Source of the DNA: Tubulanus polymorphus
Taxonomy: Eukaryota; Animalia; Nemertea
Direction: 5' to 3'
Assembly: GCF_964204645.1 (NCBI RefSeq)
Contig: NC_134029.1
Location: 21,942,950-22,006,949, forward strand
Length of the DNA: 64,000 bases
The stretch's first letter is position 1, and each line of letters begins with the position of its first letter. A program made the translations under genes and the position numbers. The notes below the pieces were generated by a model. That model made no database searches and had not been told where the DNA came from. It saw only the letters and a list, made by a program, of their open reading frames with translations. This document shows positions 1 to 11,800 of this stretch, piece after piece.

Positions 1-3000
1 CCGGGCGTTATGCACTCGACGGTGATATGCTCTCTCGAGAGACGACGTTGTTCGCAGACTTTCTTCATTTCGATCGCTTTCTTCGTTTTCAGTTCTTTAT
101 CGATTTTAAAGCGTTCTTCGGCGGTGTGAAGATAATTACGTATCATCTCCTCCTGATACGGCGTACGTTTCGGATGCATCTTCGCCGCCAGGATGTGATC
201 TTTATCCTTCAACATTTCGATCGTCAACGTCAGCTTCGTCGTCTGCGTCTGAATTCCGCCGAGCGAATTACGCCGCGCGTTATTCAGCGTCACCGGCGTG
301 GCGTCCGTCGCCATGTGGTGCTTCATCGCTTTGCCGATGCCTCCGAGGTTCTTTTTCAACTTTTTGCTCATAGTTTTACCGATACTTCCGAAGCTCGTGG
401 CGACTTTTTGCATCTGTTTTGCCACTTTGCTTTTCTCTTTGCCCTGGCTGTCTTCGCTTTCGCAAGAGCCGCTGCTCGACTTGCATTCGTCGCTGTCGTT
501 AGTGCTGACGCTCTCTTTACTGGTTGTTAGATTATTCAGTTCGTGTTTCGGTATCGGCGCTCGGTATATTTCGACGTACTGCTCGATCAATTTCAGTTTT
601 TCTTCCGCGTTCATCTCGTATTCGTTCACCTTCTCTTCGTCGTATTCGTCCTTTCCCCAAATGAAATCTTTACCGGGGTCGATCGAAAACTGAAGCGGAA
701 GAAGCTTGAACTCCGGATCGACGAGGGGAATAGATGCTGAAAGTAAACAAATCGTCAATTGATAAAACCAAAAATACACATCTAAAACACTTAAACACAA
801 GCCGCAAGCCACATGTTACGCAAGATGGGTACAGAATTTTTCCAGCATGTATATAATATGTAGAATATTAGTAGTTGTCATTGCATCACAAAGCACTTGG
901 CACACCTGATAATGCAATATATGTCAAACCAACATTGTGACAGTTAACAGAAATTTTCAGTTCATCCAAAGTGCCACATACGTTGTATTTCAGTAATTCG
1001 GTATTTCCCTAAATTGATCTCTGTAGTACGGGAATTATGCTAGAAATGTCTAGAGATATACTCTCAGCATGAAAATGAAAACAGAAAATCCGTTTGGCAT
1101 TCGGTGCTGCAAATGACTTCCGGATCGACAGTGAGCGTTTAATGCTTTCAGGACTGATTCAGTGGTAAAGAAAATGGTAATTCACCCGAACCTTACCTTC
1201 GGGTTGATATCTGATATCGGAATTCTGTTGCTCCATCGCTACTAACGCAGAAAAGTGTGCGGCATCGTAGGTCAGTACGAGTGGAGATCTTCGACGCAGT
1301 TTATGATTCTGACACTCATAAGGCAGGTAAATTCCTCCGAACGGAATAGGCGCCAAGGCTTCACCGTTACAGTCCTTCAAAATCACATCAGCAACAATGA
1401 TCACCGGTCTACGAAGTACGTGCGCTAACACGAACACGTGAATTTCTTCTAAGCTCTCGTAAAATGCTGGGTTGTCCTCATTTAGGCGCTCCATTGCGCT
1501 GAAATAACAAATTTTCAGCATTGTAGAAAATGAACATTGCAAAATAAATGGATCGATTTAGGATATTTCATTAATCGTTATTTCATTTGCATGTATTTTC
1601 TTTTCGAGTGATAACTTTCGGAGAACTGAGGTGATTAACTATAATAATAACAGTGACATTCAATCCAATCGAATCTAGTATCCAACTGCAAAATAGAGCG
1701 TCTACAGAGACAAAAAGTAGCAGAATAACATATAGTCCGTTCTATTGTGACTCTGTTCATACGAAATGTGCTTCTTGTGAGGAATGGCGTTCATACCGAT
1801 TCAACCATCTAGGCTAACACATAGTTATATACGGTAGACATACGTGATGTGAGTCGCTCTAAACACAAACTCATACCTCGTTTTTCGCAAAACGAACGAA
1901 TAGCGTTCATTTGAAAAGGTTTCGACTATTTTCTGGGACACCCTGGTCAGAGTAGAGAGGAAGACGGATATAGTTAACAATTCACATCTCTACGTGAAAT
2001 GCTTTAATTGAGATTATGAGATGGTTAAGTATTACGTACCCCTTAGTGGCTGCACTGTCGCAGCAACTCGCGCGGCTGCCAGCTCGAGTACGGGGCTTCG
2101 TCGACGCTAAACGCAACACACCCTCCCATTCTTTCTCCCATTCCTCCTCGGAGTACACCAAACCAGCCTTAAATACAAATCAACCACAACTAGAATAGCA
2201 AAACTCAGATACGAGTCGATAAGCCATGACTAACTGCAAACATTTGATAAAAGATAACAGAAATTGTACGTGGATGAATTGTGCAAATATTTGTTTTATG
2301 ATAAAAAATAACAGAAATTGTACATGGATGAATTGAAAAGTCAGAGAAGGCGCTAGAAGTTTGAAATCTTGCTGACAGAGTCTTTTACTTCAATACCCTC
2401 AGAATTGACTTGAATCCTGAATTTTCTAATAACAAAACAACAAACAAAGATAGTCACCTCTTTGTTGATTTGAGTTTGTTGCCATCGCCATCGTCGATAA
2501 AACGGACCGTGAGTATCTCCGCCGACGAGTGCATCGTAAAGCGCTTTTCGTAATGTCAGCCGTCGATCATGAAATCCCCACATTCCTGGAAAAAACGTTC
2601 GAAAAATTACCATCGCGTTGAACTGGACTCGAAAAAAAGTTTAGTCGTTGTTTCGAATTTACCTAAAGAAGCAGCGTGTAAGAGACAGTTTCCATCGCCA
2701 GTCGTAGCCAGAGGCAATAAACGCTGACAGGCTCCAGTATCAGCCCACCAATTCAAACGACCTTTAAATAGATACAGTACAATCACAAAATTCTAATACA
2801 CGACATTGATTAACAACTTGTGATGGTCCAGACAGACAATGGCACTGTTCATTGTAGAGAGGATCTTTTACTTGAAAAATTAGCAGAAAGTTTTGATTCC
2901 GAGAAAAAAGTGTTTGTTATGGGAGATATTCGTAGTGGAGAGATGTTCGTTAGGGGAGGTATTACTGAACATTAAATAAACGAGGTTACAGCTCAGTATA

Positions 3001-6000
3001 TTTACCAGCTTGTTCCAATGATACCAGTGTGGAGGTTTCGATCAGATCTTTTTCTAAGAAGCCTCGATAATCTTCCGGATATACGGTCAGATCTGGCAGG
3101 AGAAATGTATATTCGGGAGTCTCTTCTAAATACGGCGAATGATCCTGACTAGATTCGCGAATATCGCTGAGCACGACATGTCGAGCTCGATCGATTATTG
3201 GAACATTGTCCGTCGCTCTAGAAATCCCGCGTTTAAGTTTCTTCGCTGAAAAATTTGAAAAAAAGCTATTTAGCATAAGACAGAAAACAAGAGAGTGCTA
3301 CATCAAGGGCTAAGCAGGCGCGTTGGAAGCAATATTTTATTGCAGCGGCCAAATGCCGATTTTGGACAGGTTCTAAATATTTCCGCGGCGAATTGACTTA
3401 ATTTCTTCAAAAACGTGGTATTCAAAGAAAAAAAAACATCGTTCAGTAAATAATTGCCGCGGTTTTCGACGCTGCCGTTACTGCACTTCCAACGCCACTG
3501 CTAAGACAGTTCATTCTGACCCGTAGTGTGTCGGAGGGGTTCACTTTTTAATTTGACTTGGACTGTGAGGGAGTATGAAATTTTGAGGCTCAGAGGTGGC
3601 CTTGATATAAAGAAAGTCTGAATAAATGAACAAATTTACTGTATATACTGGTACATGCATCATGTAGTAATAGTCGAAGAGGAAGTAACTAAGCTTAATA
3701 ATCTAAAATCAGAAACGAGCGAGTCCCCTCCTTCCATGCTATGGGCTTATTATTGATAGATAATTCTCAGTTACCAAGATTATTTCAGTAAAACTGCGAC
3801 ACGTAACCGGATAACCTGATAATTTCAGGCCAATGATATTCACCAACACTCGTATAAAATTGTAGATCATTTGAAGTTCAAATAATCTTAACCACTGGAC
3901 AATTAATTATCAGTTTGATTTGATGAATCCCCCGATGAATATCGTCACTTACTCGGCCCGTCCTCATCGATAATAGCAGTTGATTTCTGAAGTGGAGGTT
4001 TGGCAGGAGAGTTTGCTGGTGATGCAGTTCGTCTGATTACTGTGGTTGTAGTCGTAGTTGTTGTAGTCGGTGCGGTTCCTGACGGCATCGTAGAAGCCGC
4101 TACGTGAATATTGTAAAACGCTGCGCGCGCCGCGTCTAGATCCCAATTCTTTCCTGAAATGATATACATTATTTTCATGAATTTATTTATGACGCAGAGT
4201 TCAGAAACGAATTTTTCCCAGGGGGGCCGCGTGTCCGTGAAAAGATCGCTACGGAGACTTTTATTATAGACGGGACCGATAAAACAATCCGACTACTTAA
4301 ATAATGAACAAGCGATGGCTATAAATAATCAATGTCGTTCCATAATCACCACACAACTAATCAAATAAGTAACCTCTAAGCTCTAAGCACTAACCGGGGT
4401 ATCGGGGTGTTCATTACTGAGACCCGGAATCTTCCGTCCCACGGGAAAAAAATCACCTCGCTAATGCTGCTGCGATTAGCATTACAGTACACGCTATCAA
4501 ATAGTAACCACTATGTAAAGTGTTTTGTATATGAATAAGACTGTCCACTGTCCATCCACATGTTCCTATCTAATATAATACAGTAAACCTCCCCTAACTC
4601 TGACAAACTGGGACCAGCAAAATTGATTCGAGGTAAGGATAGAAAATACGTTAGGAAGACAGAAAAATGATTTCGTTTTTGACCGCGTTAGTCAAAAGTC
4701 TTGCCCCAGGTTTAGGCTACAGTATGTCCTTTTACAGACATTCAATACAGTCTCAATAATCAATCCACTAACGTATATGTTATCATTATGTTTCCAGTAT
4801 AAATGATACATTAAAATTCTCATAAACACAAGGTACACCATTACTACAAATCATCACAACTCACCTTCCAATATATCCTTTGCCAGGCCAGGATCGGCAT
4901 TCGTTTCGGCGATGAACTGCGACAACTTTGAATCCATTTTCCCTCCATAGAGACTATCACCATCCCTACAAATAGATGCATTTTGAAATCATGAAAAACC
5001 TCGAACAACCTTTTATTCTTTGCGAAGATTTCATGGAATCGGAGATAAGTTTTAGTTTTTTGATGTTACTTGTCAGGCTGAGAACATTTTAATCAGGAAT
5101 CTAAAAAGAAACAATTATCACTGCTGAACACCAACGCAACTCTACGTCTCATTCGAGTTGGTGCTCTGAAGAAAATCAAATAAAAACACTACGCAACCGA
5201 ATATAAGAGTCGTTAGCGAAAGATAGCGAGGCATGAAATAGCAATTACTGTCTCAATGAACAAGAGTGGATTTACGATATTAACAGCAGTTGTATGCGCA
5301 AATACAAAATCAACAAAATAACCTTCCGAACAAAACATTTCCCATGATTAATCCTCCTACGACAAATACCGAATTATTATCAGATAGAAAGCAACACTTC
5401 GTTGATGGAGACATCCCTTAACGAAGGGATGAAAATAAATGAGAGTCCTGAAATCATTGAAATTATGAATTAAGACGATATGACGCCGATGTTTTACGCA
5501 TCACGTATCAAACCGTCCAACCGACCGGATATATCCCGAACAAAAAAATCTCAAGTAGAAAGTGTTCAGCAATCCTTATAGCGGTCTGCAAAATCGATAC
5601 AGCACATTGTACATTTTGCTTCAGCACGCCTACTGCCTATCAATACTATATAGGCAACAGGTGTCATACATACACTGAGTGTGGCGCCGTGTGAGTCAAC
5701 CCTACAGCAAAGTAAATATGACATGTATCCAGGGTCGTTAACTACCAATAATTGAATTATATATAAACCAATCAGTTGCTGTACGACTAGAATTTAAAAC
5801 CGTGTAAAAACAAATCGTTAAGTCATCGATATGATTTCAAAGAAATCTTAATGTTATTCTTAACATTAAAGATTACATCGGAAAAGTAGATCGAGTTCCC
5901 CTCACCTCTAAGTAGTACAATGAGTAGGAAGAATATCTGAGATTTGAGGTGCGTTTTCTTTATTCCAAATTGAGAGAGAGTCTTAACCTTGCGAAAGTCT

Positions 6001-6681
6001 TAATCTCACGATAAGACTTTCTCTCAATTTGGAATAAAGAAAACGCGCCCAAGATCTCAGAAAGATTACATCGCGCCGACCTACACAAGACACGCATTGT
6101 TTTCTCAGTAAAAATAGGGCCCCTCTTTTCTAATAACATGGATCGTGAACATAAACTGTATTTGATCATTACCTATCAGTGATATCATACGCTTGATTAG
6201 TGTGTTGTTTGGTACTGCGTTCACCGCCGTATGGCGAACTATTTCTTTTCAATTTCGGCGACGGCTTATTGTCGGATATCGACAATACTTCGCTTTTGCG
6301 TACTTTCGGCGATTGCTGCGGCGCGCGTCGCGGATTTCTCGGCGAATTCTTCGGGGACGAACGCGGCGACGACGATTCGCCCCCGATGCGCAAAAATCTC
6401 GATTTATTGCTGCGCGGATTTTTCGGAGAACATTCCAGTTCGCCGATAAACGTTTCAGTTTGAACGAGCCTCTCAGCCGCAGTCTGAACGTTATGTTTCG
6501 TCTTCGGACTGTGGGAACCGATTGAATGCGATGAATGGATTTTCAGCTGCGGGCTTTTAGATCCGACTTCAATTTGACCGGCGACATTAGCAGACGACGA
6601 CGACGCAGCCGTTCCCATTTTTATCCGGTCTTCCTCGGCGTCTGACAGTTTTTTTAATTGATATGATTTCGATGGAAACAT
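1..6681 (-). CDS. OTUD7B: OTU-domain deubiquitinase, OTUD7A/OTUD7B (Cezanne)-like; 3' end runs off the window
   Basis: Phase-consistent GT-AG exons: 6173-6681 (or from ATG 6618), 4865-4965, 3953-4153, 3006-3245, 2663-2761, 2458-2585, 2040-2167, [1877-1942], 1197-1498, 1-736. Translation gives the UBA-like [30 protein letters not shown], then LEQAGRLNWW, catalytic [55 protein letters not shown], catalytic His in [29 protein letters not shown] and the start of an A20-type Zn finger (ECITPG). Probably the single invertebrate co-orthologue of OTUD7A/B. Confidence 0.93.
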
Positions 6682-8332
6682 CGAATCAGATATTAGTCAC
6701 GCAACGATACGAACAACAATAGCCTTCTTGAAGAAATATTCTCGAAATAGATTTGTTAAAAACTCGTTGATCCTTGTTTATGAATAATATCCACGAAAGT
6801 CATTCCAATAGCTTCACATTTATAAACATCGTATCACGCTTTATTTCAAATATCTCGAAATGAATATCCGGCAATCCCGTCGTCTTGATCTACTCGAATT
6901 AGATTCATAAAAACAATCCGCACAAATGAATATCCATTATTCCACATTCAGAAGAGTCCGATTTCACACATAATTTGAAATGATCATTTTTACGAATAAC
7001 TGCCAATCCTATCAACACGACTCACAAACGACTGATCTAATATTAGGTTTAACAAATCAGTGCAAATGTATGATATACAATACAATTTTGTATGACATAA
7101 AATCGGTCGTATTTGTTTGTCCTATTATTAGCATGTACTAGGCCACTGCAGTGCTTAAGAGTATTCAAGTAAACCTCGCGGAATGTTGTCGTCATTCACA
7201 GGTATATGTGTGACGTTATTTTCAACAAAATAGAATTTCTATCTATTGTTCAGATGAAATTGTTGGCCTCATTAGTTCGAATAAAGGCCAAGTAAAAGCA
7301 AATATTGAAAAGAAAGTTCACCTAAACCAGACCCCGATGGTTCACCTATAAAATTAATGAATGATTAAGGAAAGTCTAATTATCAAAGGGGCCTCAAATG
7401 GTGGCTTTAATGATTGTACATCTGTTTTATGATTTATGATGATGTTCTTTATTTATTCATTGAAAACTGGAATCGAATAAAGCAATTTGTCAATTACTGG
7501 TGCCTGTCACACGTTGAGCCTTTGATAAATTGCACCAGATCATAGAATAAGTGGCTAATGATTGAACTAAGAGATTGTCAACGAGGCTAATGAGTGAACT
7601 GTTAAAATATTACGCAATCGGAAAACTATTTTCCAATAATTTCTTCTCGTCAATTATTGAAGATATTGACAATACTTTGAATAAATACACTGTTGCAGTT
7701 ACCAGGTACCAGTTAAATTATTCATCATTAACTAGGCCCACTACACTACAGGATCTATAGTAGTTTCAAAGACCCAGTTTACTCCAACCAATATTATTTA
7801 TAGACCTATTTCATTTGAGTGAACTTTTTGGTGCACCTGAAAATCTTTCATTTAGGCTATACATGTCAATGTTGCAATTTTATTTTACAATACAAAGCAG
7901 CTTGCAATCCGACCAACCAGAAAGTATATTAACTTGGTTTCCCAAGTAGGGTAATTTGACAAGCAGCAAGAGAAACGAATGAATCGAATGGATGGTTGGT
8001 TCCGGAATTTTCTGCCTCTTCGACTTCTGATCATTTTTTAGTAAAGACATAATCAACTGCATAAATAAATGAGACCGAGTAATAATACCCACCTATAAGT
8101 ACTACTGCTACGTCGCTCCGATTCTGTATGTATTTATCCGATATTCTTATAATATTTAGACTTTCAAGCGTAGTAGATTCGCAAAAATACCTGCGGCCAT
8201 CTTGTCGTTCCTTCAGCTTATCATTCCAAACAATCGATATAGATGGCATTAGTTTGTTGGTCATCCCGTCATTGAGTATCGTAAACTCCCGTTACCGGCT
8301 CTCACTGACTTGCATCTAGTATTAATCACACC

Positions 8333-8344
8333 AATATGGCGGCC
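8333..8344 (+). promoter_or_regulatory. YY1-type motif (AATATGGCGGCC) at the likely GON4L transcription start
   Basis: Matches AANATGGCGG. It is followed by a donor CTG|GTGAGT at 8417 and an acceptor TTTAG at 8835 just before the ATG at 8891, implying a non-coding first exon. Confidence 0.5.
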
Positions 8345-8540
8345 TCCATGAAAAACTTCAAAATTTTGAAGATACATTGATATTTTTGCGTCGAATACGT
8401 ATTCAATGTGATGCTGGTGAGTTGTTTGGTATTCATCTTCTACTCCCGGGAGTTCTGGACCTAATTTTAGGCTTAAAAATCGGGCAAAACAGCTTGATAC
8501 GTCTGAAGTTTAGCCAGGCCGCTGTTCATTTTGACATTTT

Positions 8541-8657
8541 TACACCACCACGGCACCCACCCGTCCAATCCAAATTGTCTATTTAAATTTAAAATTTATA
8601 CACCACCACGGCACCCACCCGTCCAATCCAAATTGTCTATTTAAATTTAAAATTTAT
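8541..8657. repeat. Exact 58-bp tandem duplication
   Basis: tacaccaccacggcacccacccgtccaatccaaattgtctatttaaatttaaaattta occurs twice, starting at 8541 and 8599. Confidence 0.9.
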
Positions 8658-8890
8658 GCAACGTTTACCAAATGGTAACTTATCATTTCATACATTTACC
8701 AAATTATATGCCATCTGTAATCAATAACCTTCTCAAAGCTACAATGTGTAGACATTGATATACCCCTCCCTTAACATTTCGTATCAATTCAATATGCATG
8801 CATTAATGACGAATATAGCAACTACTCTGTTTTAGTAAATGCAGTTGAGTAGACAAGTCTGATAGAGGTGGGCTTTAGAGAGCGATCACC

Positions 8891-11800
8891 ATGAGGACAC
8901 CAAAGCATCAGCCTGCTTGTTCCTCGGAAAAGGATGGTTCTGGTAGAGCGTCCAAACGACCACGATTGGATCCTTTTCAGCAGCTGTCTGTCGGTCTATG
9001 TCCGCGCGGTCAAACGTCAAAAACTGACGAAAAATCCTCAAATGATCCCGGTCAGCAGAGCGTTCAGAAAGATTCTGCTAGTTCTAAAGCAACGTTATCC
9101 AAATCTGAGATTTGCCGGTCGATAAATCTAAAAAATTTGAAAAGGGAATTCGAATCGGCTATTTACGAACGGTTTAAACGAAAGGATGAAGTCACAAAAT
9201 CTACGGGAAAACAATCTAGGGACAAGAGTTCGTCGGAGAAAAATCGAACAGCGTCGAAATCAAAATCTCCGAAAAGAAGCAGTCGATACGGAAATATAGC
9301 TTCAGTTCGTCGCCGTTTATCAGTGACTCCTAGTAAAGACTTGTCGCGGATGCCGTCTGGAATTAACTCTCAAGAAAGTCCTCGTAAGGACAAGCGATCA
9401 AAAGTACAATTTAGCGACGCGTCACCGAAAACCGCGCCAAAAACGCCGCGGAGAAGTAACAGAAATACCCCGTCGAAAAAGGAAACATCAGAGAAACAGC
9501 CAGACAACGCGGGTCTTAATCTAGCATCAGAAGAAGGATTGCGTCATCTTCGAGAATTGAGCGAACAGTTACACAGTTTAAACGAGGATAGCGGCGCGCT
9601 TACTACAACACTTCATAAGTCCAACAGAAAAAAGGAGAAAACCCCTCGAAAAAGGTACCTAATGAATCATGGTTGTTCCAAATTCTGTTGAAAATAGGCC
9701 AGCTTTAACTTTAAGTCTTGGGTTAGTTCAACACCAAAAGTTGAATCAACTCCTGATGCAGTGTCTAAAAATACTATTGCTTGTTGTGGATATTTTTTTG
9801 TAGAAAGCCGATCTCCGGTAAAAAACTGTTCAAATTGGCGAGTCCGAGTTTATCGGATAAAAACACGGATGCGGAAGACGATGCCAGTTTCAGAATTATT
9901 GATCCCGATCTGGAGCTCGAAACTAATTTAGAGGAATCGGCGCATAAAGCAGGAATGAATGCTACGAACGTGAAGAGTTTGATTAAGGTACATTAGCGAC
10001 GTAGCCATTGAATAAATAACCGTTAAGATGACTCCTAATCAATAACACTGCTAAAATTCCTTTTATCGTGTAGGAGGTGATAACGAATGAGCACGTGATA
10101 GCGATGATGAAAAGCGCGTTAGAAGAGGCAGATCTGGATGAGGAAAACGGTGAGATGAATGCCGAAAAAAAGACATCTCCTCTTAGGAGCGTTCCGTACG
10201 AGCCGAAGATGACGAGGGCGAAACTGAAAGAGATTGTCTCTACAGGACAGGTAGGTATTATGTATGTTAAGTTATGACTGTATTTAGAGATGTTTCAAGT
10301 CTGATTTTCACATTCAAATATTGATGAATTACAGACGGATCATCCTTGGATGTTGTCACCTATAAAAGTATTCGAAAAGGAACCGCAACCGACTATTTTA
10401 GATTTGAAATTCGAAGATGACGACGATGATGAATATAATCCTGATGATGACGATGAGGTAGAAAATTTTAAAAATGAGCTTTCAGTCACGCAAGCTATTC
10501 AAATATGTGCAAACACTATTTATGTGTCAAAGCCATGGTTTACTTTTTACCTGGGCAGCTATTTTAGACCATTGTCTTTTATTATAAAAAAATGATCAGG
10601 GAACTTACCCGGAAATCAGCGTAAAGTGAGGCAATTTTGTAAAAATGCTAAAAATCATTGAAAAGCCAGTGAAATTTCTTGATAGATCATGTGTATTATC
10701 TAACAGTTTTTGTCTATGTTTTACTTATTTGATGCGTAAATGGATCGAGTTCTTAGTCATGGAAAACAATTTACATGACAGAGAAAAAGTCAGAAATTGT
10801 TAAATCAAAAGTAGCCACCCTGATGATAAGTTGTTGTATTGTAGTCTGGTGTGGCAAGTGAAGAGGACACTGAAAGTTTTTGTTCACAACCCGCCAGTCT
10901 TAGTGAAATAGACTCACCACGGCCACTAACTCCATCGACGCCGACATTTCCCTTTCTTCCGTACGTAGCTGGGGAAAGCAGCACACCGAAAACAACAAGG
11001 TCTAAAACTAAGGTGAATGTTTAACCATCATGATCTATACATCTAGAGTAATCAGCTACTGTTGAAAATACTGTTGAATGTATGTTCATTTTATTTTTCT
11101 AAAAGGATAAATTACTGATGCGTCCTCCTATAGAGCTTCCTGCACCGTTTGTTGCAAGCAAAAGATTATACGCAAACCAGGTAATTCTAATTGGCATTAA
11201 ACATATGAGAATTAATGCTGAATTCGTTCGTTGTATAGTTTGATATTAACTCTTTTAAATGTATGACTCAAATTCGTTAAGAGAGTTTCATAAACTTCTA
11301 CGCTTGATACGCATATCGGTAGCTATAATATGCATAGCGTATTTGGTTTATAAAAGCAGTTCAATCTACTTCACGCCGTATGACTTGGCTTAGAAATTAT
11401 GTTACGATTCACGTTTACTTCAGAATTGGTCAATCATGGAGTACATGGCAAGTAGCATCACTGTTGTCTTGTATCATCATTCTCACGTCGTCAATTTCTG
11501 TAATTCCTATATAATTTAGAAGCGTTATATCTTCTTTGATATTTTGAGGCACTGCATAGATAGGATTTCAGCATTCTTTATGATTGAATGATAATTCAAT
11601 GATTTGCTAGTAGTAATTACATATCGATGCCATCTTAGCGCCTGCGTATGCATAAAAATCATTAGATTAGTGCAAGCTTTTCACTTCATGTCTATTGTGA
11701 AAGTTTGTTGTATTCGACCTTTATTTCGTCATATCCTAATCAAATACATGTAATGATATTGCTGGATTTGGTTTTGCTTACTGCTTGATTTTACATGTAT

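Noticed and set aside
27-740. Plus-strand ORFs 27-530, 298-693 and 543-740
   Set aside because: Antisense shadows of the OTUD7 exon 1-736.
6193-6525. Three overlapping plus-strand ORFs
   Set aside because: Shadows of the GC-rich minus-strand OTUD7 first exon.
7880-8317. Short minus-strand ORFs upstream of GON4L
   Set aside because: No recognisable motif, in-frame stop, no convincing splice structure; likely promoter or intergenic DNA.
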